Source: Candidatus Poribacteria bacterium (GTDB lineage: Bacteria; Poribacteria; WGA-4E; PCPOR2b). From it: a stretch of DNA of 64,000 nucleotides. The notes under the pieces were generated by a model, which was given only the letters and a program-made list of their open reading frames with translations, was not told where the DNA came from and made no database searches. Shown here in pieces: positions 47,794-58,207 of the stretch (the first letter of the stretch is position 1; every line of letters starts with the position of its first letter). The stretch covers positions 1,280,001-1,344,000 of the forward strand of contig OZ244587.1 of NCBI GenBank assembly GCA_965218095.1. The letters run 5' to 3'. The position numbers and the translations under genes are program-made.

Positions 47794-48201
47794 ATGAAAC
47801 AATCGATAATATTTGTAGGTTTCGGTTTGATCGTTGCTCTGATTAGTCTTGGATGTGGGACATCGAATCAGCTTGCGGCGGAAATCGTCTACGATGCCAG
47901 AGCACAGGTAAATTCAGCCAAAGAAGTGGAGGCTCAAAGTTTAGCAAGTCAAGAATTGGCGGATGCGGAACAGATGCTCTCCAGGGCAGAAGATGCACTG
48001 AGCGCTGGAAAAGAGAAAGAGTCGTATCGTCTAGGGATGCGTGCCTACCTGAAATCCAAAGTTGCGGAAGCCATCGCCATCGCCAATCGAATAGAGGCGA
48101 AAGCTCGCACAGCAGAACAGGAGTTGGAGTTGAAAGTACAAGCTGTGGAAGCCACACGCCGTGCGCTCGGACAGGCGGAAAGGGAGTTAGCACAGTTATG
48201 A
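47794..48201 (+). CDS. DUF4398-like lipoprotein
   Basis: Lipobox SLGC; A..A.A...A.QEL..AE..L..A helical pattern; precedes an OmpA gene. Confidence 0.8.
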   Translation: MKQSIIFVGFGLIVALISLGCGTSNQLAAEIVYDARAQVNSAKEVEAQSLASQELADAEQMLSRAEDALSAGKEKESYRLGMRAYLKSKVAEAIAIANRIEAKARTAEQELELKVQAVEATRRALGQAERELAQL

Positions 48202-48268
48202 TCAACGCCTGTTGAAAATCTCGATCCTATCGGGGAAGAATAATCATCAACCGTCAGAGGAACGATAT

Positions 48269-50062
48269 ATGTCCCAATTGAACCGATTCATACGACACGC
48301 AATACGCAACACACAATATACAATACAAGGATGCATGAACAGATACTGTAGGAGGGTGAGCGCTGTCCCCTATTGGATCCAGTCTTGGTGGTCGTCGCTC
48401 ACCCTACTGCTAGTGATATTCGGCTTTGTGGGCTGCGCCGGAAAAGTGGATCCAATCCTGCTTGAATCAAGCCTGAACGACACCCAGAATGCCATTTCCG
48501 ACGCACGGCATTTGGGCGCCAAAGAACATGCGACTGAAACTTTGGCTAAAGCAACGAGGCTACTCGACGAGGCGCAACAAGCGCAACGTGCTGGGAACGG
48601 AATTCAAAGCCTGGAGTTGGCATTTCAGGCACAGATGGAGTCACAGATTGGGGGCGCACAGGCACGTCAACGCATTGCTCAAAACCGCATTGAGGAAGCT
48701 CGTGCTGAGACATTGAGGGCGATGGTTCAGAAGATGGAGTATAAGATTCAAATCGCCCAGGCGCGTCAGGCGATTGCGGAGGAGCAAGCGAAGCGGGCTT
48801 TGGCAAGAGCCGTTCGCGCAGAGCAGCGTGCATCAGCAGCACAAGCCGAATCAGAAGTCGCTAGAAGTAATGCGAAGAAAGCCCTTCTTCGAGCCCAAAC
48901 ACAACAGTCAATTGCTAAAGCGAAACTGATATTCGATGCCGCCAAAGAGGCCGGAGCGCTCACCTATGCAACGGACGACTATCGAGAAGCTGAAAACCTG
49001 ATTGTCCAAGCGCGTTCCCTGCTCGCGCAGGACAAGTTCGATCAAGCCAAATCGATAGCTGTCCAGGCCGAGGATCGCGCAAATGAGGCAAAGATCGCTG
49101 CCATTGCTGGGGCGAACGCTGCCGCCAACGAATCACAAGCGGCAAAACTCCAGGCATATACAAATGCAAAAGTCGGAATCACACGCGCGCAGTTGGAGCT
49201 CGATCGGGCGGAAAGCGTCAATGCGTTTGAACATGCAGAAGCCCTTTTTCAACGCGCTGTGACAACTCTCGAACAGGCGAATATGGCGCTAAAAAGGGAG
49301 GCATATGATCAGGCACTGCAACTCGCTGCGCGAGCCGAAAGCAGCGCGCGTGACGCTTTCGCTACTGCTGAAGTCGTTGAACGGGAGCACCGCGCAAAGG
49401 AAGCAAAAGAGGAACAGATCGCTCAAGCCAAGGACACGATCTTCAAGGCGGAAGAAGCACTAAATCAGGAGACGTCAGCGACAGTAACAACGTTCAGCCC
49501 CAAACTCTACGAACAGGCGAAAACTTTGTTCGCTGACGCCAAGCAAGCCCTTGCAAATGAAAATTACACTCGTGCGATTAGCGATGGGCAGTTGAGCTAT
49601 AGGCGCTTGGAGAGTGCGATTGGGAAAGCCAGACGGATCGAGGCGATTGAGACGCAGATTCTCGATGCTGCGAAAGCCATTTCCGGTGCAGAAACGGATC
49701 AAACGGCGAAAGGCGTCCTCATCCGATTCAGTGGTGAACTTTTCAAATCCGGGAGTTCGGAAATCAATCTGAAATTCCTCCCGCAGATCTGCCAACTCGC
49801 TGAAGTTATCAAAGCGTACCTTGATTACAAAGTTCGGATCGAAGGGCATAGTGACAGCAGTGGGGAAACTGATGCCAATCTCAGGTTGACGGCGAAACGC
49901 GCCAACACCTTTACGAAATACCTCGCCGAAAAATGCGATGTCCCAGCGAAACGGATGACCCCTGTTGGTTTGGGCGAAGGCTATCCCATTGTGGACAACA
50001 GATCTAAGGCGGGGCAAGATAAGAATCGGCGGATTGACACGATCATCCTGACGCGGGAGTAG
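48269..50062 (+). CDS. OmpA-domain lipoprotein with repeated DUF4398-like helical units
   Basis: Lipobox FVGC; Ala-rich repeats; IEGHSDSSG...NLRLT..RA...GLGE.YP...NRRID; start uncertain. Confidence 0.88.
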   Translation: MSQLNRFIRHAIRNTQYTIQGCMNRYCRRVSAVPYWIQSWWSSLTLLLVIFGFVGCAGKVDPILLESSLNDTQNAISDARHLGAKEHATETLAKATRLLDEAQQAQRAGNGIQSLELAFQAQMESQIGGAQARQRIAQNRIEEARAETLRAMVQKMEYKIQIAQARQAIAEEQAKRALARAVRAEQRASAAQAESEVARSNAKKALLRAQTQQSIAKAKLIFDAAKEAGALTYATDDYREAENLIVQARSLLAQDKFDQAKSIAVQAEDRANEAKIAAIAGANAAANESQAAKLQAYTNAKVGITRAQLELDRAESVNAFEHAEALFQRAVTTLEQANMALKREAYDQALQLAARAESSARDAFATAEVVEREHRAKEAKEEQIAQAKDTIFKAEEALNQETSATVTTFSPKLYEQAKTLFADAKQALANENYTRAISDGQLSYRRLESAIGKARRIEAIETQILDAAKAISGAETDQTAKGVLIRFSGELFKSGSSEINLKFLPQICQLAEVIKAYLDYKVRIEGHSDSSGETDANLRLTAKRANTFTKYLAEKCDVPAKRMTPVGLGEGYPIVDNRSKAGQDKNRRIDTIILTRE

Positions 50063-50134
50063 AAAGGAGATAAGGAGCAAGGGAGGCAGGGGAGAAAAGG
50101 AAGGTGGAGTTCAAGAGTTCACTCACGCATCACA

Positions 50135-50491
50135 TTGTACGCATCGGAGGTTTACAAGCGCGTGCCAGATCAAGACACATCTCAAAAGATTGAACCGTTC
50201 ATCATCCACCAGATTGCGCAAAGTCTGTTCGCGGATAGATATATCATCATCTACGATAACACAATTCAGTTTCACAGCCACTGCTACCACGTCAAACGGA
50301 TTGAGGACATGGCTCACCCATACAGCGGGCACTATTACCTGGTGGATGCGAATACGCAACTAGCCATGCAGACCGATGTGGACTTCGCCGCACCGGGATG
50401 TTACGGGGTAATCTTTGATCCGACCACAGGGGAAATTGTTGGTTATGATGGTAGTGAGAATGAAGTAGGAAAAGGTGTATACAGAGAATAA
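50135..50491 (+). CDS. Hypothetical protein
   Basis: 118-aa open frame with protein-like composition; no motif recognised; start uncertain. Confidence 0.55.
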   Translation: MYASEVYKRVPDQDTSQKIEPFIIHQIAQSLFADRYIIIYDNTIQFHSHCYHVKRIEDMAHPYSGHYYLVDANTQLAMQTDVDFAAPGCYGVIFDPTTGEIVGYDGSENEVGKGVYRE

Positions 50492-50500
50492 GATTTGAAA

Positions 50501-51839
50501 ATGATAACAGGCACAGTCTACCTTAACCAGAACGAAGATGGCGCCCATCAACCTCATGAGCCAGGACTTGCTCGCGTTGTGGTATCAAATGGGTATGATG
50601 TGATCTCCACCGATGACGATGGCAGATATCAACTCCCTGACGTAGAGGCAGAATTTGTGTTCATTTCCGCGCCGGGGGGTTATCGCCTGACTTCGCCGTT
50701 TTATCACCCCATCAATTCCTTCCGCTTAAATGGTTTCAACTTTGGACTTGTCCCCGACAATCAACTTTCTGCCTTTACCTTCGTCCATTACACCGACATG
50801 CACTTAACGGATGGGCGCCATCCGGTGGAAGGGTTTCGTGAATTCATCGCAGAGGTTAATGGGATGTCTCCAGCGCCGGCATTCGCAACCGGGACGGGCG
50901 ACATCACCCTTCAGGGTGGGGCGAGGGAGATGTATGCCAAAGCGGTCGAGGCTTTCAACGTTCCAGTCTACCACGCGATGGGCAACCACGAGATGCTCGT
51001 AGGACAACCTGATCCGAAGGCTGCATACAAAACGCTTTTCGGTCCAACCTACTACTCATTCAATATAGCGGTGTACATTTTGTCGTTATGGATGGGCACC
51101 AGGCTAATCCGAGGCAGGAAGGGTGGAAGAATGTAATTGGCTCCGTCAGTGACTGCGAGCTAGATTGGCTGCGTGCAGACCTGCAACACATCGAACCGGG
51201 GATGCCTATCATCGGGTTCATTCACATACCGCTTGTCAGTACCTTTACTGAACGTCGAGGGGAGCACCCGCTGAGTGCGCCCTGGTGGGAGGTCGTCAAC
51301 TACGATGCGGTAATCGATGTCTTCGCCGAGCACAACACCAAGCTCATCTTACAAGGGCACCTGCACGAGAACGAACGCATCCACTACCGGGGAATTGACT
51401 TCATCACATCGGGGGCAGTGTGCGGCAGTTGGTGGCGGGATGTGCTCAATTTCGATGGCAGCCCACGAGGGTATCAGATCGTATCAGTCGTCGAAGATGA
51501 GGTGACATCGCTCTACAAATCGACTGGATTTCCCCTCAATCATCAACTCCGAATTGAGGCGCCAGAAGTAGACAAGCCGAAAGCCCGAAGATACCGATTG
51601 GGGTCAATGTGTTCGATGGCACAGCGGAGACGCGGGTGGAATACGCCATCAACCAGGGGGAGTGGCAACCGATGGCCTTCAGCTCGACCCACCTTACCTA
51701 TACAACGCGATCCTGTCCTCACTACTGGAAAGCAACTGTCCGCACGGAAAACCTGCCATGCGGGGCCCACCTGTTGAAGGTGTGAGCAACTTTTCCGACC
51801 GAAGACAGCTATCAGGGGTGCCGGTGGATAGAAGTGTAA
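50501..51839 (+). pseudogene. Calcineurin-like metallophosphoesterase pseudogene
   Basis: TDMH, TGD, GNHE, GPTYYSFN, HIP, GHLH motifs split by frameshifts at about 51066 and 51580, plus an in-frame TGA at 51783. Confidence 0.85.
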
Positions 51840-51957
51840 GATAGGCGAACACGAAGAAAACGAGAAGAAGGTACAGGGAGATTAGAAAAGGAAGAATGGA
51901 AGAAGATGAGAAATTTCACGTAAGACGTTTTACGCAATACGCTTCACGCTTCACGCT

Positions 51958-52821
51958 TCACGTCAAATATTTACCGGTTAACAGATTAAGCCGATGCTTT
52001 GTTGCTTCGGGGATATGTGCCGAATCTGTTGCAATCGACTTCTCAAGCGCCCGGGGGCAAGGACACCCTTCGCGTCTATCCGGAATTTTAGGAATAATAG
52101 CTTTGACAGTACGCTTTGCAATCTCTACATTCGCCGCTAGATTCTGGAAGATCATCTCCGCCGTGACGAAATCGTGTTCTGGATGCCAGCAGTCGTAATC
52201 AGTTGAACAAGCGAGAACGGCGTAACAGATCTCTGCTTCACGAGCGAGTTTTGCTTCAGGGGCAGCCGTCATACCGATCACGTCGAACCCAAGCTGTCTA
52301 TAAACATTCGATTCAGCCTGGGTGGAGAAGGCAGGGCCCTCCATACAGATATATGTGCCGCCTATGTGAACCGTCGCGCCAACTTCGGTGGCATTGTCAT
52401 ACAGAAGTTGACTGAGGATGGGGCAAAACGGATGGGCAAGGCTGACGTGGGCAGAGATTCCTTCACCGAAAAAGGTATTCATCCGATTCTTGGTGTGATC
52501 ATAGAGTTGATCGGGGATAACGAAGTGGCGTGGCTCAATCTCAGCCTTGAGGCTACCGACCGCGCTCGCGGAGATAATCCACTCAACCCCCAGGTCTTTC
52601 AGAGCGTAGATGTTAGCGCGCACATTGATCTCTGATGGGAGCAGCCGATGTCCAACGCTGTGACGTGGCAGAAATGCGACGCGCGTTCCTTCGATTGTGC
52701 CTAGAGTTAACGGATCGCTCGGTTTTCCAAAGGGGGTATCGACGTCAATCTCTTCAATGTCCGTTAATTTCTCCATTTGATAAAATCCTGAACCGCCAAT
52801 CACTCCAATTTTAACGTTCAT
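51958..52821 (-). CDS. mtnP: S-methyl-5'-thioadenosine phosphorylase
   Basis: IGGSG, TPFGKPS, RANIYAL, EGPAFST.AES, IGMT..PEAKLARE, TDYDCW. Confidence 0.95.
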   Translation of the reverse strand: MNVKIGVIGGSGFYQMEKLTDIEEIDVDTPFGKPSDPLTLGTIEGTRVAFLPRHSVGHRLLPSEINVRANIYALKDLGVEWIISASAVGSLKAEIEPRHFVIPDQLYDHTKNRMNTFFGEGISAHVSLAHPFCPILSQLLYDNATEVGATVHIGGTYICMEGPAFSTQAESNVYRQLGFDVIGMTAAPEAKLAREAEICYAVLACSTDYDCWHPEHDFVTAEMIFQNLAANVEIAKRTVKAIIPKIPDRREGCPCPRALEKSIATDSAHIPEATKHRLNLLTGKYLT

Positions 52822-53209
52822 GAGTTCTCCATTCCAGAATGGCATTCGATTAAATGGATAAAATGTGAACAGTATCACATTGCCCATTCAAGTTGATATA
52901 TATCCTATTTTGACAATGTTAAATTACTGCGTAACAGGGATTCGCCGCACATCTGGGGAGATATATTCCTTAAAACGCTCAATAAACGCCGGTTATCCTA
53001 ACTCTCCAATGCCGGTTTCAGACTCTGGTGTAATGTTTGCTGAACGCACAACGCCCTACGGCATTACGATTGACGTTTCCCGAATATAAGCGATAAAATG
53101 AAAATGCGAATGAGGGACGAGCTGCTGGACTATTTTATCAAATTGCCACATTTTTTTCAATGGGTTTTCAGCAAAGCAAATAAGAAACCCGAGAGAAGAG
53201 ATTAAAGTT

Positions 53210-54166
53210 ATGAATGCATTTGAAAGGGCGATCGCCAAATACAATGGAGAAGGATTACACGGTCTGGATATCGAAACAATCCAGGTGAACATCGGGCTCA
53301 AGTGTAATCTGGAGTGTGCCCACTGTCACGTAGTTTCTTCGCTGCGTCGGAAAGAAATGATGGATTGGGAAACAATGGAACACGTGATAGCTGCCGCGGA
53401 GAAGGCACAGGCGAAACTCGTGGATATTACAGGTGGGGCGCCAGAAATGCACCCGCTGTTTCGCCAGTTTGTAAGGACATTGCGGGAAAAAGGGTTCCTT
53501 GTTCTGGTGAGAACAAATCTCACGATTTTACTTGAACCGGGATTCGAGACAATGCCTGATTTCTTTCGGGAGCAAGCGGCCCAGCTTTGTGCATCTTTAC
53601 CCTGTTACCTGGAAGAAAATGTCGATAAACAACGCGGCACGGGCGTTTTTGAGGGAAGTATAAAAGCATTAAAGTTGCTCAACAACTGCGGATATGGGAT
53701 AGAACCCCATCTCCCCCTGAATCTTGTATACAACCCGGTCGGACCAACGCTTCCACCAGACCAATCTGAACTTGAGGAGGATTACAAACAGGAATTGAAA
53801 TCAAAATATGGAATCGAATTTACCCATCTGCTGACAGTCGCTAACATGCCTATCGGCCGATTTCGCAGTGACTTGAAACGAGCAGATCAGCTTGAAGTAT
53901 ATAACCAACTTCTCCGCGATTCGCTCAATTCAGCGACGTTGGATGGGCTGATGTGTCGTCACCAGATTAATATTGGGTGGGATGGGAAATTGTACGATTG
54001 TGATTTCAATTTAGCGCTCAAGCTGCCTGTGGAAAGGCATCTCCCGCAGCATATCAAGGATTTCGACCCTGACCTGTTTGCTCGCCGAAGATTGATGACA
54101 GGATTTCACTGTTTCGGATGCACAGCAGGGAGCGGGTCATCCTGCGGCGGTGCATTAGTCCAATGA
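53210..54166 (+). CDS. arsS: ArsS-like radical SAM protein (DUF3641 type), Cys form
   Basis: CNLECAHC, DITGGAPE, ASLPCY...NVD.QRG, NMPI.RF, YDCDFN, HCFGCTAG.GSSCGG. Confidence 0.85.
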   Translation: MNAFERAIAKYNGEGLHGLDIETIQVNIGLKCNLECAHCHVVSSLRRKEMMDWETMEHVIAAAEKAQAKLVDITGGAPEMHPLFRQFVRTLREKGFLVLVRTNLTILLEPGFETMPDFFREQAAQLCASLPCYLEENVDKQRGTGVFEGSIKALKLLNNCGYGIEPHLPLNLVYNPVGPTLPPDQSELEEDYKQELKSKYGIEFTHLLTVANMPIGRFRSDLKRADQLEVYNQLLRDSLNSATLDGLMCRHQINIGWDGKLYDCDFNLALKLPVERHLPQHIKDFDPDLFARRRLMTGFHCFGCTAGSGSSCGGALVQ

Positions 54167-54269
54167 ATTGAGGTCCCTTATGAAACACTGATCGGATCGG
54201 CGCCTCGTGATCTATTGATTGCCGATTCGCTCATTTTCAGAGCAGGTTTGTTAAGGATATTCAGGTCAG

Positions 54270-55091
54270 ATGGTATTATTACATTGTGAGAATTTAACGA
54301 TTGAAGGCGAATCGAGTTCAGCGGTGGCGACTTATCTGCGGGTGAAAGAACTGGATCTCATCTTTGACTTAGGTCGATGTCCGATGAGTTTCATCGGAAC
54401 AGAACACGTTTTCATCTCCCACTTCCATTTAGATCACTATTTTGGGATACCGATTTATGTCAGCCAGCGGTGTCTGAATGGCATGCCACCAGGGAACATC
54501 TATGTTCCGAAAGCGGGCGAAGATCAGTTACGAGAGATTATTGAACGGATTTCGTTGTTGGATTGTGGGAAAATGTGGGATTATCATCTCACACCGGTGC
54601 AAGCGGGCGATGAAATTTCATTTCGTGGTAATCTTGTTGCACACGTCCTACCGCTCGATCACCGTGTGCCAGCAGTAGGCTACCTCGTTTGTGAAAAACG
54701 GGACAAGCTCAAACCGGAGTTTTTCGGTTTGCCGGGAACGGAGATTGCTCAGTTGCGACGCACCGGCGTAGAAGTTACGAGCCGGGTTGAACTGCCGTTA
54801 ATCGCCTACCTGGGAGACACCCGCACTGTTCCGGTTGACGCTCACCTGCTACTCAACCAATGTCGGGTTCTGATCTGTGAGTGTACATTCCTATTTCCTG
54901 AACATCGGGAGCGAGCAGAGAAGACAATGCATTTACATCTTGATACCCTGCCGGCATTGCTAGAAGCGTTTGAGAGCGAACACATTGTCTTAACCCATTT
55001 CTCGCGGCGGTATACCCCTGAAACCATCACTCAACGGATTAATGCCGCGCTTTCACCAGAAAACCGATCGCGTGTTCAGTTGCTGATCTGA
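54270..55091 (+). CDS. Metallo-beta-lactamase fold, short RNase Z-like
   Basis: SHFHLDH, HRVP..GY, KLKPEF.GLPG.EI (arm), GDT, ECTF, H, THFSRRY. Confidence 0.85.
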   Translation: MVLLHCENLTIEGESSSAVATYLRVKELDLIFDLGRCPMSFIGTEHVFISHFHLDHYFGIPIYVSQRCLNGMPPGNIYVPKAGEDQLREIIERISLLDCGKMWDYHLTPVQAGDEISFRGNLVAHVLPLDHRVPAVGYLVCEKRDKLKPEFFGLPGTEIAQLRRTGVEVTSRVELPLIAYLGDTRTVPVDAHLLLNQCRVLICECTFLFPEHRERAEKTMHLHLDTLPALLEAFESEHIVLTHFSRRYTPETITQRINAALSPENRSRVQLLI

Positions 55092-55439
55092 GTGTAGAAG
55101 AAACGTAACATCTTATTTTGACTTTGTTAGATCTATACTTCCGCATTTTTCAGGGCGACATTTTAACACCTGTGAAGTGCCTTAAGTGAGCTAAAGTTGA
55201 GGGTTCGGCGCATCGAATGACAACATGACATTTCTTCAATTCCGCATGATAAGCGGACTTGCAGAAAGGGGCCGTCCCAAAAGTTGCCGCCAGACCCATT
55301 CCCAGAATGTAACAAAGTCATCTTAGACTCAGTGGCTAAAATAACCTCATTATCGCGTAGCCAAACCCCCGAAAATCGGGGTTAAATCGAGCTGATTAAA
55401 GCAAGCGATATGTCTCTACTTTCGACATTAGTAGAAAAT

Positions 55440-55472
55440 AAAAAAGCAGGGAATCTTCTTCCCTGCTTTTTT
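55440..55472. terminator. Bidirectional intrinsic terminator
   Basis: aaaaaagcagggaa-tcttc-ttccctgctttttt. Confidence 0.85.
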
Positions 55473-55500
55473 GCCGATTGATACCTAAATACATTGCCGT

Positions 55501-56892
55501 CTACATGCCACCAACTTGCGCCTTTTCGGCTTCAGCTTGTCGTCTCTTCGCATCAGGATTATCGTTTGGATCTTTATCGGAGGTCGCAGCTTCCTGCTCT
55601 TGATAAAACAGGGCGCCATCCCCATCCTGATCAAGTTCAAATTGACGGACAATCTGTTCAGCTTCACGGTAAAAATTTCCTTCTCTGCCTAGACTCATGT
55701 ACGCCTTGAAACCTCTGTAAGCTTCGCGAAACTCACGAATTGCGCGATAACAGACAGCTTGCTGATAAACCGCCTGATCTCGCCAAGTTGATTCGGGCGC
55801 GGCTTCAAACAGATCGTCAAACGCAGCAATTGCACGCTGATATTGTCCGTCTTTTTGATACAGGTTCCCTATCCAATACAGAGCGTCTGCGGCAGCAAAC
55901 TTTTTGTATGACATGTTTGTCGCTAGGCTTCGGTAAGCGGCAATTGCAAACGGATAGTTTTTCATCTGGACCCAACCCCCCGCAATACTCTGGAAATCCT
56001 GGGCGACGCGATCATCGTAACCGGCGACGTACCGATCACTCGGAGTTACTTTCCGACCGGCTTCCTCATATTGTAACGCTAACCTATTCGTAAACTTACG
56101 GATGTCATCCTGGTCTTGCGCAATCTCTCTCAGGATGTCCACCGACCTCTTCAGCAAGGTTGTCGCCTCAGAGGCTTCGTAAGACTCCGGAAACTTCTCA
56201 ACGACTTTGACAAATGCACCCCAACCGCCATTGTTGGAATAGTCATAGAGTTTATAGAAATAGATATTGCCGATCTGGAATTGCGCTTGGGGCGCCTTTT
56301 CATGTTCAGAAAACTGTTCGACCACTCTCTCGTAATGTTTAATTGCTTCTGGATAGTTCCCAAGCGCTTGGTAGGCTCTTGCAACGTCATACAACGCTTG
56401 CATAGCCATGTCCTGACTCTCCTCATCTTCAAGGAGACGACGGTTTTGATAAACACGCTTCTTCTCCTGGATGAGTTGACGATTTTGGCGGATATCAGCA
56501 ATACCACTCTTTGCTTTACCACCCAAGTAGCCGGTAGGGGCAACATCTACAATGGCTTGATAATGCTCGGTAGCCTGATCCCATTCGTAACGCTTTTTGT
56601 AGATTTCCGCCGATTGAAAATGTGACCACAGGGCATATTTCCCTGTCGGATTCTGCTCGATGATTCCGAGGTACCCTGCAAGTGCACCATCATACAATTT
56701 TTTCTGCTTGGCAAGATTCTGCTGTTCCTGTTCTTTGGTGTCTGTGCCAATTCGCATGCCTTCAGCAGCCTCAAATTTACGGTCTGCATTTTGTATCTTT
56801 ACACTTGATGGCATAATACTCGCGCAGCCGGTAATCATTGCAATCACGATTACAAGTGCAAAACAGTAGGAAAGACGTACAAAGCGATTCAT
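55501..56892 (-). CDS. BamD/YfiO-like TPR lipoprotein with C-terminal acidic TSP3-like motif
   Basis: Lipobox ITGC; YfiO-type TPRs (..FPES..A..A); DQDGDG...E...TSD.DPND; AGGAGG RBS. Confidence 0.8.
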   Translation of the reverse strand: MNRFVRLSYCFALVIVIAMITGCASIMPSSVKIQNADRKFEAAEGMRIGTDTKEQEQQNLAKQKKLYDGALAGYLGIIEQNPTGKYALWSHFQSAEIYKKRYEWDQATEHYQAIVDVAPTGYLGGKAKSGIADIRQNRQLIQEKKRVYQNRRLLEDEESQDMAMQALYDVARAYQALGNYPEAIKHYERVVEQFSEHEKAPQAQFQIGNIYFYKLYDYSNNGGWGAFVKVVEKFPESYEASEATTLLKRSVDILREIAQDQDDIRKFTNRLALQYEEAGRKVTPSDRYVAGYDDRVAQDFQSIAGGWVQMKNYPFAIAAYRSLATNMSYKKFAAADALYWIGNLYQKDGQYQRAIAAFDDLFEAAPESTWRDQAVYQQAVCYRAIREFREAYRGFKAYMSLGREGNFYREAEQIVRQFELDQDGDGALFYQEQEAATSDKDPNDNPDAKRRQAEAEKAQVGGM

Positions 56893-57200
56893 CGTTATTC
56901 CTCCTAAATTAGAATCAGTGAATCGGGATCTTGGGAGGTTTGTGTATCCCCGTTGTAGATTGGGAACGCTTTGACCCTCCAAAATCTTGACTCAGCGAAT
57001 AACCGGTTCATCTCCCACCAAATCCGTCGGATTGAGCCGCAACTCGGGTCGAGTGGCGAAGCCGTATCGAGACCTGTATCGAAGCCAGGGACTTCTCAGA
57101 CCTCGCAAAACTGGATTTGGAAGGAGCCTTCTCAGCAGTTGAGATAAAGGTAAAAATGGCTAATCCAACAAATTCAATATATTTGTATGGATGCTAATTC

Positions 57201-57229
57201 ATTATAATCGTTTTCCCAAAAATTGTCAA
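57201..57229 (-). promoter_or_regulatory. Perfect-consensus sigma70 promoter
   Basis: TTGACA-N17-TATAAT, about 300 nt upstream of the 56892 start. Confidence 0.85.
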
Positions 57230-57310
57230 CAATCATTTTGTATTATTCACGTTCAAAATCAGTCAAGATTGCCGGCATTGCCTTATAATCACGGCCCACG
57301 CCAGAAAATT

Positions 57311-58207
57311 TTATTGACCTAACTGTGTCGTGAAGTTGATGAAGATCTCACCGGACTGATCGACCTGTGGCACATTCCTGGGCAAGTCATGGAATCGAAT
57401 TCTTTCGACGTACCGCCTGGCCTGCTCCTTTAGCCTGACCTCACCAACTGTTGTCCGTGATCCGGGCTTGATTCGCACTTCATACACGGTTCCGTCTGGT
57501 CTCACCTTGAAGCTGAGTTGGACGCCTCCCCCTTGTTTGCCTTTCGTCTGAATAAGTTTGCCTAAATGATACCCCCGCCCACTGACTTCACCGGAGATTT
57601 CAAACTCGAATCCAACACCGCTTGTAACGCGACTCTTCCCGGTGTTGATCACGCTTGCTGTAGATACGTTCCCTGTTAAGTTGTACCCGCGCTTCCCTCT
57701 GGGTTGCTGCCGCTTCCCCACATCGGGCACCCCTCGACGTCCCAAAGTTCCGTGATGTCCGGCCTGGTCAGCCAGCGGTTTCTCCCGAACCGTTGCATTC
57801 GTTGCCTCCAAATCATCGACCAGCGCCTGATTTCGCCCCTCGGAAGGGACTGCCCCTAATGACAGGCGATCAGGATTTTGATTGGTGGTGCGCGCCAGGG
57901 GGAGATTGGGTAAGCCGCCTGTAGATGCAGTAGGATTTAGATAGCGTTGAACATTATGGATGGAGTGAATCGGCGGTAACTCATCAGGTATTTGAGCCCG
58001 TCGAAGCCGAGCTGCGATAGGAATTTCTTCTTCGATTCTCTTCTGTTCTGGTTTGTTCGTGAGGATGTCCACAGTTATGGGCGTGTCATCCGGCTTCAAC
58101 ACTGGTTTTGTATAGGCTGCCACGGCTAACGCGAGGATAAAAATGAGATGCTCAACGATTGCGATCGCAAGAAAAGCACTGATTCTAACTTCGCCTCGTA
58201 CTCTCAT
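57311..58207 (-). CDS. TonB/TolA-like energy transducer
   Basis: Single N-terminal TM with EH, long disordered linker, C-terminal G.VQLSFKVRPDGTV...A...RF; TGATG overlap with exbB. Confidence 0.8.
   Translation of the reverse strand: MRVRGEVRISAFLAIAIVEHLIFILALAVAAYTKPVLKPDDTPITVDILTNKPEQKRIEEEIPIAARLRRAQIPDELPPIHSIHNVQRYLNPTASTGGLPNLPLARTTNQNPDRLSLGAVPSEGRNQALVDDLEATNATVREKPLADQAGHHGTLGRRGVPDVGKRQQPRGKRGYNLTGNVSTASVINTGKSRVTSGVGFEFEISGEVSGRGYHLGKLIQTKGKQGGGVQLSFKVRPDGTVYEVRIKPGSRTTVGEVRLKEQARRYVERIRFHDLPRNVPQVDQSGEIFINFTTQLGQ

Noticed and set aside
51783-51785. Selenocysteine or recoding at in-frame TGA codons (also 32397)
   Set aside because: The positions correspond to likely Arg or Trp codons in genes with other lesions; no redox motif or SECIS-like context seen
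52925-53100. Possible minus-strand C-terminal gene remnant (PAFIERFKEYISPDVRRIP)
   Set aside because: Family not recognised and interrupted by a stop
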